From Sedimentisphaerales bacterium (GTDB taxonomy: Bacteria > Planctomycetota > Phycisphaerae > Sedimentisphaerales > Anaerobacaceae): DNA of 64,000 nucleotides. Each line of letters opens with the position of its first letter. The first letter of the stretch is position 1. The stretch is taken from positions 160,001-224,000 of the forward strand of contig JAXGYC010000009.1 of the NCBI GenBank assembly GCA_040772485.1. The letters run 5' to 3'. The notes below the pieces were generated by a model. It saw only the letters and a program-made list of their open reading frames with translations. It ran no database searches and was not told the DNA's origin. The position numbers and the translations under genes were made by a program. This document shows positions 1 through 7,633 of the stretch, one piece after another.

Positions 1-123
1 TCCTTTCCGTCACGCCGGGCACTGCCGATAATACCTCTGGTGCATTCCGGAACGACAACGATGGGTGTGCGAAGCGCGAACGGGTGTCGGTAGCCCGGAT
101 CACCCGGGCAACGGAGACAAATC

Positions 124-315
124 ATGCAGGCCAAGAGAACGGCATGGCTCACGGCGGCAGTAGCCAGCGCGACTACGGCGGTGTTCATCGCCGCCGCCAT
201 CATGGATCATGTCTCCGGCGTCACCGTGGTCGACGTCGGGGCTCTGCTGGTCACGGGCATCTTCGCCGGCCTCTTCCTCGGGTTCGCCCTGATGCACCCT
301 CGCCCCGCGGCCTGA
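124..315 (+). CDS. small hypothetical membrane protein (2 TM, 63 aa)
   Basis: ATG preceded by GGAG; two hydrophobic stretches. Confidence 0.6.
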   Translation: MQAKRTAWLTAAVASATTAVFIAAAIMDHVSGVTVVDVGALLVTGIFAGLFLGFALMHPRPAA

Positions 316-352
316 TGCGGGCAGAGAATTCGATAGGTCTTGGAGTGCCACA

Positions 353-880
353 ATGGCGCTGATGTCGTTCTTCAGAAAGCTGTTTGCGAAGAACCATAGA
401 ACGCGCGAGCCCAGATTCGAGGACTATCGGATCAAGACAGGCCACACGCGTGTCGATCACGTTCCGTACGCCTGTATTGACGAGTTCTGCTCCCTCATTG
501 CCACGGGCACGACCGAGGACGAGGCGATCTGGAATCTCAGGCCCGTATTTGAGCAGCGAGTCAGGTGGATGAAGGAGCGAGGTGAACCGATTCCATTGCC
601 TGGAAGCGGCCGAGCGCGCGCCCGATTTGCGCCGAACGATCAGATCGAGGCCCTGCGTCCTTTCGTGGACGAATTCTGGTCGGAGATCCTGGGCACGTCG
701 TATGGCACATCCTTCGTCTCAAACGAAAGTCGATTGTCCACGTGGGCGGAACGCTATCTTCCGGGCGGACGTGCCGAGCTGATCCAGAAAGTCAAAGACA
801 GATACGGCGTCGACATCTCGGCCTATTATGATGAGCCAATTCCCGTCGTCCTCCGCCGCATCCAGGAGCAATCCACCTGA
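353..880 (+). CDS. hypothetical protein with HicB-like N-terminal segment
   Basis: GGAG RBS; YACIDEF..IATGTTEDEAIWNL..ERGEPIPLP resembles the HicB partial RNase H fold. Confidence 0.65.
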   Translation: MALMSFFRKLFAKNHRTREPRFEDYRIKTGHTRVDHVPYACIDEFCSLIATGTTEDEAIWNLRPVFEQRVRWMKERGEPIPLPGSGRARARFAPNDQIEALRPFVDEFWSEILGTSYGTSFVSNESRLSTWAERYLPGGRAELIQKVKDRYGVDISAYYDEPIPVVLRRIQEQST

Positions 881-900
881 CTACCGGGGGCATGCGCGGT

Positions 901-1137
901 TCACTGGGTGGGCGGCACGTTGGCCTGGCCGTCGTATTGGAAGACGTCTTCGACGGTGGCGCCGAAAGCGCGGGCGATGCGGAAGGCCAGCGGCAGTGAC
1001 GGCGCGTATTTGCCCGCTTCGATGGCGATGATCGTCTGCCGTGTCACGCCGGCCTTGTCGGCCAACTGCTGCTGCGTCATCTCTCCATGATCGAACCGCA
1101 GTCGCCGGATGCGGTTGCTCAGGTTGGTCTCACCCAT
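901..1137 (-). CDS. XRE/Cro-family HTH transcriptional regulator
   Basis: NRIRRLR..MTQQQLADKAGVTRQTIIAIEAGKYAPSLPLAFRIARAF; GGAGG RBS; overlaps upstream stop. Confidence 0.93.
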   Translation of the reverse strand: MGETNLSNRIRRLRFDHGEMTQQQLADKAGVTRQTIIAIEAGKYAPSLPLAFRIARAFGATVEDVFQYDGQANVPPTQ

Positions 1138-1558
1138 GGTCGTCCTCCAGTTCGCACTGAACCAGAATCGCCATGGAGTGAGCAAATTGTGCGACGAATA
1201 ACGTGCTCAGGAAGATCAAGGGCAAGTAGTAGACGCGGACTACGTTCTGCCCCCCGAGGAGAAAGAATGGGACGATGCAGATGCCCGCCAGGAACACCAT
1301 GAGGACCCAGGCCGACCATGCGAATGCCCGCTTGTAGATCATCTTCTCTCGCTCGTCGAAGCCTGCTTCGAGGCTCTTCCTGCGCAACCACACATGCGTA
1401 GCCGGAGCGAACACGCACGGGATGACCAACCATACCAGCACATAGACAATACCTCGAGCATTCATCTTCGTCAGGAAGGCAAACGCCAACCCGGCGATCA
1501 GCAGGCTGCAGGTCGCGCCGGCGAGATTGACCCAGGCCGATTTCTGGAGCTTGCTCAT
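1130..1558 (-). CDS. DUF2178-like 4-TM membrane protein
   Basis: four hydrophobic helices, FDEREKMI motif, AGGAG RBS before MSKLQK. Confidence 0.75.
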   Translation of the reverse strand: MSKLQKSAWVNLAGATCSLLIAGLAFAFLTKMNARGIVYVLVWLVIPCVFAPATHVWLRRKSLEAGFDEREKMIYKRAFAWSAWVLMVFLAGICIVPFFLLGGQNVVRVYYLPLIFLSTLFVAQFAHSMAILVQCELEDDHG

Positions 1559-2037
1559 TGCGTTTCTCCTTTCCGAGTCGCCGGCGCCGAAGCGTGTCGT
1601 CGTGATTCCGTGTCCCGGCCGCACTGGATCAGGACCGCGACGCTATATGCGAACAGGGCGATGAGCAGCACGACAACGTTGATAATAGGCAGTACGGATA
1701 TCGGGATCGAACCTCCATCTCCGACCATGAACGCCGGGATGGTGCTCGCCAACACGAGCGAGACCCACACGGACGCGAAGCAGGCCAGCACGGCGTTCTT
1801 CTTGATTGCCTCATCGCGTTCATCCGACACGGGTTCAGCGGGACTCTGCTTCTTGCGAACCAGGATCACCGCGACCACCGCGAATGCCACGATCAGGGCG
1901 ATCCAGAGTCTTACACGGTCCGTGCCCGCCAGTCTGTCCCCGGGGGCAAACATGGACGCGTGTACGATTCCTAAAAAGGCCAGAAGCAGCACCGCCATCC
2001 CGAGCGTGAACCAGGCGCCTTTCTGCGTTCTGTTCAT
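1555..2037 (-). CDS. DUF2178-like 4-TM membrane protein (paralogue of the adjacent gene)
   Basis: MNRTQKGAW vs MSKLQKSAW; SDERDEAIKK motif; AGGAGAGG RBS; ATGA overlap with next gene. Confidence 0.75.
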   Translation of the reverse strand: MNRTQKGAWFTLGMAVLLLAFLGIVHASMFAPGDRLAGTDRVRLWIALIVAFAVVAVILVRKKQSPAEPVSDERDEAIKKNAVLACFASVWVSLVLASTIPAFMVGDGGSIPISVLPIINVVVLLIALFAYSVAVLIQCGRDTESRRHASAPATRKGETQ

Positions 2038-2102
2038 ATCCGCCTCTCCTTTCTTTAATCCGCACGAATCAGAGTCGCCGTTCTGTAATTCACACAAGAC
2101 GC

Positions 2103-2131
2103 AATGTAAAGGATACATTACATTAAGTCAA
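2103..2131 (-). promoter_or_regulatory. sigma70 promoter TTGACT-N17-TACATT overlapped by inverted repeat AATGTAA-N8-TTACATT (probable XRE operator)
   Basis: motifs read directly in an AT-rich patch upstream of the operon. Confidence 0.75.
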
Positions 2132-2246
2132 GTGTTTTTTACGTAGATTCTGCGATTCTTGTTCAGAAGTAGTGGTGAGCGGAGGAGTCTGCACAGGTGG
2201 CCCTCCGGTCTGCGGCCTACGGTCTACAGCCTGAGATTTGTGGCGG

Positions 2247-3602
2247 TCAGGGGATAAACGGCAGGACACCGAAGAAGTCTATCCTGCCTTTCTTCAAGGG
2301 GTTAAGACGTTTGCCTGGGGTCCTGCGGCTTCTGTCGGGCAGTTCGAGCGGCAGTTCGAGCGAGATCGTTCCGGCGTCCTTCCGCCAGATCGCCAAGCCG
2401 ATGGCGGGTTGCCGTCCGGCTCGGAGCAGCGCCAGTTCGAAATCGAGGGTGTTGACGACGGGAGCCGAATCGGCCGCAACGATCACGTCGTCGGCTATCA
2501 GTCCCGCCCGGTCGGCGGCACCGTTCGGCTCGACCGTCTCGACCAGCAGCCCCTCGGCCACGTCCAGCCCCTTGTTGGCTGCCAGCGCCGCCGTGACGGG
2601 CGTCAATTCAACGCCGGTCGCAGGGAACTCGAAGTCGGCAACGAGCTGTCTGACGTCGGTGCCGATGATCTCGCTGGTGATCCTGCGAAGGTCCCGTCCG
2701 TCGACGGCCTCTCGCTTGGCGATCTCGGCTACGATGTCGCGAATGGTCTGCTGCCCGAAGCGGTTCTCGATCAGCAGGAGCAGGCCCAGTGCCGCGTTGT
2801 AGTAGACGCGTTCGTGCTGGCCGTGCGACGACTGCGACCACGAGAACAGACGCGCGCCGATGCGGCTCAGCTCCGAGAACGGGTCGGCGTGCAGAAGGGC
2901 TCCGATGCGTATCGGGCAATCGGGGCAGTTCGTCTCGTCGGAGAGCTTCTCGCAGGCGACGTAGCCGGCGTAGTTGGCCAGCCCGTCGCGGAACCAGCGC
3001 GTGTAGTTGTTGACGTTGCTCTGCAGTCCGAACGCGCCCCAGCCGAGGTCGGGCAGGACCCGCCCGCCTGCGCGGGCCGCCAGCGAAGTCTCGACCAGCT
3101 CGTGCACCAGCACGTACGGATAGCTGCGGTTCTGGGCCAGGATCGACGTGCAGGACTCGTCGCCCGCGCGGACGAACAGGGGCAGCGGAAACTCGTTCGG
3201 CTCGACCGTCAGTTGGATGTCGAAGTTCTCAGGCGGCTCGTCGAACCGCAGCAGATCGAGCGTGGTCGATGTGGTGATGGTCACGCCAGTCTGCCGCTCG
3301 ACCTGCGCCAACAGCCGGCCGGTGATATCGGCGATGCACCGGGCCTGGCCTTGCAGGCCGCGCTGGTAGCGCACGCGGACGCGGCCGGCGTCGACGAGGC
3401 CTTCGAACTCGATCGTCGCCAAGCCCTCGTCGTTGAGGCTGTAGTGGCCATGACTGCCGTAACGGATGTGCCAGTCCCGGTACGTTCGGCCGTCGAGAAC
3501 CGCCTCGGTGATCCCCTTGTTGACCGTCCGGCAGCCCGCCAGCGCCATCACACACAGCGCCGCCAGCCCCACCGGCCCGATCCTTCTGGTACAATTGGTC
3601 AT
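2247..3602 (-). CDS. lipoprotein with degenerate zincin-like domain and C-terminal PDZ
   Basis: lipobox MALAGC; VHELVE..WFRDGLANY; PDZ-like GLLVETVEPNGAADRAGLIADDVIV. Confidence 0.75.
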   Translation of the reverse strand: MTNCTRRIGPVGLAALCVMALAGCRTVNKGITEAVLDGRTYRDWHIRYGSHGHYSLNDEGLATIEFEGLVDAGRVRVRYQRGLQGQARCIADITGRLLAQVERQTGVTITTSTTLDLLRFDEPPENFDIQLTVEPNEFPLPLFVRAGDESCTSILAQNRSYPYVLVHELVETSLAARAGGRVLPDLGWGAFGLQSNVNNYTRWFRDGLANYAGYVACEKLSDETNCPDCPIRIGALLHADPFSELSRIGARLFSWSQSSHGQHERVYYNAALGLLLLIENRFGQQTIRDIVAEIAKREAVDGRDLRRITSEIIGTDVRQLVADFEFPATGVELTPVTAALAANKGLDVAEGLLVETVEPNGAADRAGLIADDVIVAADSAPVVNTLDFELALLRAGRQPAIGLAIWRKDAGTISLELPLELPDRSRRTPGKRLNPLKKGRIDFFGVLPFIP

Positions 3603-3782
3603 ATCACACCCCAAACAGCAGCGTCCCGCACCAGCCTACCCGCCTCCGCCCCATTCGCCAAGCCGATTCCCAATCCCAAGGCCCGATCTCCAACCTCCTT
3701 GGCGACCCATCTGCGTTGCGAGCGCTGGTTCACCTCGGCGGTGAGGCCGGGAGAGACTTGTTCGGCATCGTGGCGGAAGACG

Positions 3783-3791
3783 TGGTATAAT
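3783..3791 (+). promoter_or_regulatory. extended -10 element (TGGTATAAT)
   Basis: perfect TGnTATAAT about 45 nt upstream of the AraC gene start. Confidence 0.5.
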
Positions 3792-3833
3792 GACACTATC
3801 TTGCTGGGGGAAGGATGTGACTGGAGTGTTGGG

Positions 3834-5138
3834 ATGGCGGATGGGCCGGGATTGGGCGAGCTGCTGACGGCGGCGGAGTTCGGGCGGATTGCGAAGGCGT
3901 TCCGCAAGCGCTTTCGCCTCGGGCTGGAGACGACCGGTTCCGACGGGCAGGCGGTCGAGCCGTTGTGCAGTGCGGACTGTCGTCCGGCGTTCTGCACGCT
4001 GGTCCGCAGTGACGGCGAGGGCCGGGCCCGCTGCCTGTGCGAGCGCCGCCGGGCGGTGGAGATTGCCTCCCAGACGGGCCAGCCCTTCATCACCATCTGT
4101 CACGCGGGCCTCGTGCTGGTCTGTGTGCCGATGGTGGACGACGAAATCGCGCACGGCGGCCTGTTCTTCGGCAAGTGCCTCTGGGAGCCGGTTTCGCCCA
4201 TGCTGGTCCGCGACGTCGAGTCGCGCCTGGCGCCCCTGGCGATCGACCGCGACAAGGCGATCGATCTGCTCGGCGAATTGCCCGTGGTGCGCGGGCGACA
4301 GATTCACACGGCTGCGGAGTTCCTGTTCGATCTTCTCTACGAAGTGGCGGGCCTCGACGCCCGCGTCATTCGCTGGCGAAGGCAGCGGTCGCGACAGCAG
4401 TCGGAGATCGGCGAGTTCATTCAGGAACGCAAGAAGCTCGGCGCCCCATGGCAGTACCCGCTCGAAAGCGAACGGGCGCTGCTGCAAAAGGTCAAGATCG
4501 GCGATCAGACCGGCGCCAAGGAGATCCTCAACTCCATCCTCGGCACAATCCTGTTCAAGGACATCGGCGACCTGGGCATCCTCAAGGCGCGTCTGCTGGA
4601 GCTGCTGAGCGTGCTGAGCCGTGCGGCGGTCGAGGGCGGCGTTCCCGTCGAGACCATGCTGGAGAAGAACCTCGCGTTCATCAACAAGGTAATGGGGATC
4701 GACAATCAGGAAGACCTGTGCGCGTGGATCAGTGCGGCGTTGAACGATTTTCTCGAACTGGTGTACGCATCACAGGACCGTCGAAAGATCGGACAGATTC
4801 GTCCCGCGATCCACTACATCGAGGCGCACGCCGAGCAGTCGATGACGCTGGCGCACATCGCGCGGGCGTCGCATCTGAGTGTCTCGCGTCTGGCGCACGT
4901 GTTCAAGGAGCAGATGGGGATCACGATCTTCGATTATGTCACGAGCGTGCGGATCGAGCGAGCCAAACACCTGCTGCTGGCGACGGACCGCAGTTGCACA
5001 GAGATCTGCTTCGAGGTGGGTTACAACAACCAGAGCTACTTCAGCCGCACGTTCAAATCGGTCGTCGGACTGACGCCGCGGCAGTTTCGCGGCCACAATC
5101 GACGGCATGCTTCGTCCGCGACGCCACGCCAGGCGTAG
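3834..5138 (+). CDS. PocR ligand-binding domain / AraC-family transcriptional regulator
   Basis: Cys pattern FC..RC..CHAGL of PocR; C-terminal AraC HTH (EICFEVGYNNQSYFSRTFKSVVGLTPRQFR). Confidence 0.9.
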   Translation: MADGPGLGELLTAAEFGRIAKAFRKRFRLGLETTGSDGQAVEPLCSADCRPAFCTLVRSDGEGRARCLCERRRAVEIASQTGQPFITICHAGLVLVCVPMVDDEIAHGGLFFGKCLWEPVSPMLVRDVESRLAPLAIDRDKAIDLLGELPVVRGRQIHTAAEFLFDLLYEVAGLDARVIRWRRQRSRQQSEIGEFIQERKKLGAPWQYPLESERALLQKVKIGDQTGAKEILNSILGTILFKDIGDLGILKARLLELLSVLSRAAVEGGVPVETMLEKNLAFINKVMGIDNQEDLCAWISAALNDFLELVYASQDRRKIGQIRPAIHYIEAHAEQSMTLAHIARASHLSVSRLAHVFKEQMGITIFDYVTSVRIERAKHLLLATDRSCTEICFEVGYNNQSYFSRTFKSVVGLTPRQFRGHNRRHASSATPRQA

Positions 5139-5174
5139 CGCCGGGAGGTCTGCGACCCAAGGCACAAGACCACA

Positions 5175-5636
5175 TCAACGGATCGAAGGCTCCGACGTGC
5201 CGGCCCTGGGGCCGACGCAGGCCTCCGGCACGGACTCGTTGATCGTCCAGTAGAGACCCACGGCGGCGATGATCTCCACGAAACTGCGGTAATCCACGGG
5301 TTTGACGATGTACCCGGCGACGTTGTGCCGGTAGCTTTCCGCGACGTCGCTGCGATCGGTGGACGTAGTGAACACCACGATCGGGATCATCTGGAGGGCC
5401 GGATCGGCCTTGACGATCGCGATGAACTCGACGCCGTTCATGCGCGGCATGTTCAGGTCCAGCAGGATGACGCACGGAGTCGGATTGGCCGGGTCCCTCA
5501 GATAGTCCACCGCCTGCTCGCCATCGGTGACGTGCGCCAGCGGATTGGTCAGGTTCAGGTCTCGGAAGGCGCGACGCACGGTCATGGCGTCGATCACGTC
5601 GTCCTCAACCAACAGCACTGGTTTGGAGTTTCTCAC
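5175..5636 (-). CDS. single-domain response regulator (Rcp1-like receiver)
   Basis: VLLVEDD..ILLDLNMPRMNG..FTTS..YIVKP; GTG start overlapping the kinase 3' end. Confidence 0.9.
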   Translation of the reverse strand: MRNSKPVLLVEDDVIDAMTVRRAFRDLNLTNPLAHVTDGEQAVDYLRDPANPTPCVILLDLNMPRMNGVEFIAIVKADPALQMIPIVVFTTSTDRSDVAESYRHNVAGYIVKPVDYRSFVEIIAAVGLYWTINESVPEACVGPRAGTSEPSIR

Positions 5637-7626
5637 GGTGCGTCCTCTGCTTGTCTGTGGGGAATGTGAAGAAGAACGTGCTGCCCTTGCCGACCTCCGA
5701 GGCGAGCCAGACCCTTCCGCCATACTGCTCGACGATCTTCTTGACCAGCGCCAAACCGACGCCCGTACTCTCATACTCATCGCGGGACGCGAGGGTCTGG
5801 AAGATCTTGAAGATCCGGTCGAAGTGCTTCTCCTCGATCCCCGGCCCGTTATCACTGACGCTGAAGGTCCAGGCGTCGGCGTCCTCGGAGCAGGCGACGA
5901 CGACTTCGCCTCTCGGCTTGTCCATGAACTTGACGGCGTTGCTCAGCAGGTTCTGGAAGACCTGGGTGATTCGCGTCTTCTCGCAGTCGATCACCGGCAG
6001 TCGGCCGTCCAGGCGGATCGCGATGTGCTCGGGCGGCGCGATCGCGTCGATGATTTCCGGCAGCAGGGCGTTGAGGTCCACCGGCACCATGTCCTCCGTG
6101 ATGCGGCCAACGCGGCAGTATTGAAGGATTCCCTCGATCAGGTTGTGCATTCGGTCGACCCGGTTCTGTAGCAGATCGAGATTCTCTTTGGCCTCGTCCC
6201 CAAGCTGATCGGCGCAATCCGCGCTTAGCCACTCGGCGAGCATCTTGATGCCCCGCAGCGGCGCCTTCAGATCGTGCGAGACGACGTAGGCGAAGTGCTG
6301 GAGTTCGCGGTTCGTTTCCCCCAGCCGGTGCAACAACAAGGCCTGTTCCTGCTCGGCGCGCCGGCGTTCGGCGACCTCGGTGCCGAGCTTCTCGTTGGCG
6401 GCCATCAGCGTGTGTTCGTGCTGCTGCATCTGCCCGAGCAGGCTATTGAACGTCTCGACGAGGGTGCGCATCTCGCCGTGAAAGACCTGCGGTGCTCGGA
6501 CGGAGTAGTCCCTGCGCTCGGAGATGATGTGGGCCACCTCCGTCAGACGGACGATCGGCGCGCCAATATGGCGCGCCAGGAGCAATCCGCCCAGCAGCGT
6601 CGCGCCGGCCATGAGGACCGAAAACGCCAGCAGGGTCTTGCGCAACCTCGCCGCCGGAGCGAGGACCTCGTCGGCGTCGCAGCCTGCCACGAGCGTCCAC
6701 GGCAGACCCTCGAAGTCGCGATCGCCTTGCGATCGGGCGCAGGCCACGAATGCGGTGATTCCGTCCGGGGTACGGATGATCCTATGGTGGCTCGGGCGCA
6801 GGCGTTCGGGCCCCTCGAACGGTTCGAGAGCCCAGGACGAATCGTCGGCCAAATGAAGAGGACCGACATGGTAGAGAATGTCGCTTGCGCCGCTCAGCAG
6901 ATCGAGAGTCACGCTGCGGTACTCAGAGGCGCTTTTGACGCGATCCATGATGCCCACAATGTCCCGCATGTCCAGAACCGCCTTGATCGTGCCGGCAAAG
7001 GCGTTTTGAGAATCGTGGACGGCCACCGCCAGATCCAACGCGTGGGTGCCTGCGCTTTCGTCGTACGTGATGTCTCCGACGTGCACCCCGTGCTCTCGAG
7101 CGTCCTGCCACCAGGCTTCATCCGCTTGGTTGTAGTCGGACGTCCAGCCGGTTTGGGCGACATTCGCACCGTACTTGTTGGTCACGAAGACCTCGCCATA
7201 CAGGGCGTATCCATAGGCGGCCCGGTAGAAGTCGTCCATCTGGAGCTCGTCTTGCAGCGCGTCGGAGAGTCCCCGATCGGGCAACGCGTGCATCCACGGC
7301 TCCTGAACATGCTTCGGCGCCGATGTCCATCGCGCATCGAGCCGGCGGACGTGGCCAAGAGGATCTGCCATGCGGTCGAATCGGTTGTTGGACTCGGCCA
7401 GTGCCTCCTGGAGCCTCTGCCTTCCGGCGTACATCCGGAGATCATCCAGTCTCCTTTGAATGGCGCGGTCGATCTTGTCCATCGTCTCGACGGCGATGAC
7501 TTCCGATGCACGACGCACCGACTCCCGGAGCGCGCGGTGACTGTGGAAGGCGGCGAACTCGCCGATTACCGCTACCAGGAGCGAGAGGGCCACCGAACTG
7601 AGCACCAGCTTGTGGAATATTGTCAT
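5605..7626 (-). CDS. sensor histidine kinase (Cache-like periplasmic domain, HAMP, HisKA, HATPase)
   Basis: two TM helices; SDYNQADEAWWQ; H-box SHDLKAPL; N, G1, F and G2 boxes. Confidence 0.92.
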   Translation of the reverse strand: MTIFHKLVLSSVALSLLVAVIGEFAAFHSHRALRESVRRASEVIAVETMDKIDRAIQRRLDDLRMYAGRQRLQEALAESNNRFDRMADPLGHVRRLDARWTSAPKHVQEPWMHALPDRGLSDALQDELQMDDFYRAAYGYALYGEVFVTNKYGANVAQTGWTSDYNQADEAWWQDAREHGVHVGDITYDESAGTHALDLAVAVHDSQNAFAGTIKAVLDMRDIVGIMDRVKSASEYRSVTLDLLSGASDILYHVGPLHLADDSSWALEPFEGPERLRPSHHRIIRTPDGITAFVACARSQGDRDFEGLPWTLVAGCDADEVLAPAARLRKTLLAFSVLMAGATLLGGLLLARHIGAPIVRLTEVAHIISERRDYSVRAPQVFHGEMRTLVETFNSLLGQMQQHEHTLMAANEKLGTEVAERRRAEQEQALLLHRLGETNRELQHFAYVVSHDLKAPLRGIKMLAEWLSADCADQLGDEAKENLDLLQNRVDRMHNLIEGILQYCRVGRITEDMVPVDLNALLPEIIDAIAPPEHIAIRLDGRLPVIDCEKTRITQVFQNLLSNAVKFMDKPRGEVVVACSEDADAWTFSVSDNGPGIEEKHFDRIFKIFQTLASRDEYESTGVGLALVKKIVEQYGGRVWLASEVGKGSTFFFTFPTDKQRTHREKLQTSAVG
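5660..6306. repeat. ~650-bp direct repeat, copy 1 (kinase transmitter region)
   Basis: near-identical to 7719-8365 at an offset of 2059 bp. Confidence 0.9.
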
Positions 7627-7633
7627 GGGGGTG

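Noticed and set aside
24..31. GCCGATAA sigma28-like -10 element
   Set aside because: No convincing TAAA-type -35 at the expected spacing
2238..3833. N-terminal 530 aa of the 966-aa plus-strand ORF
   Set aside because: Antisense shadow of the PDZ lipoprotein; the real AraC gene starts near 3834 after a TGnTATAAT promoter
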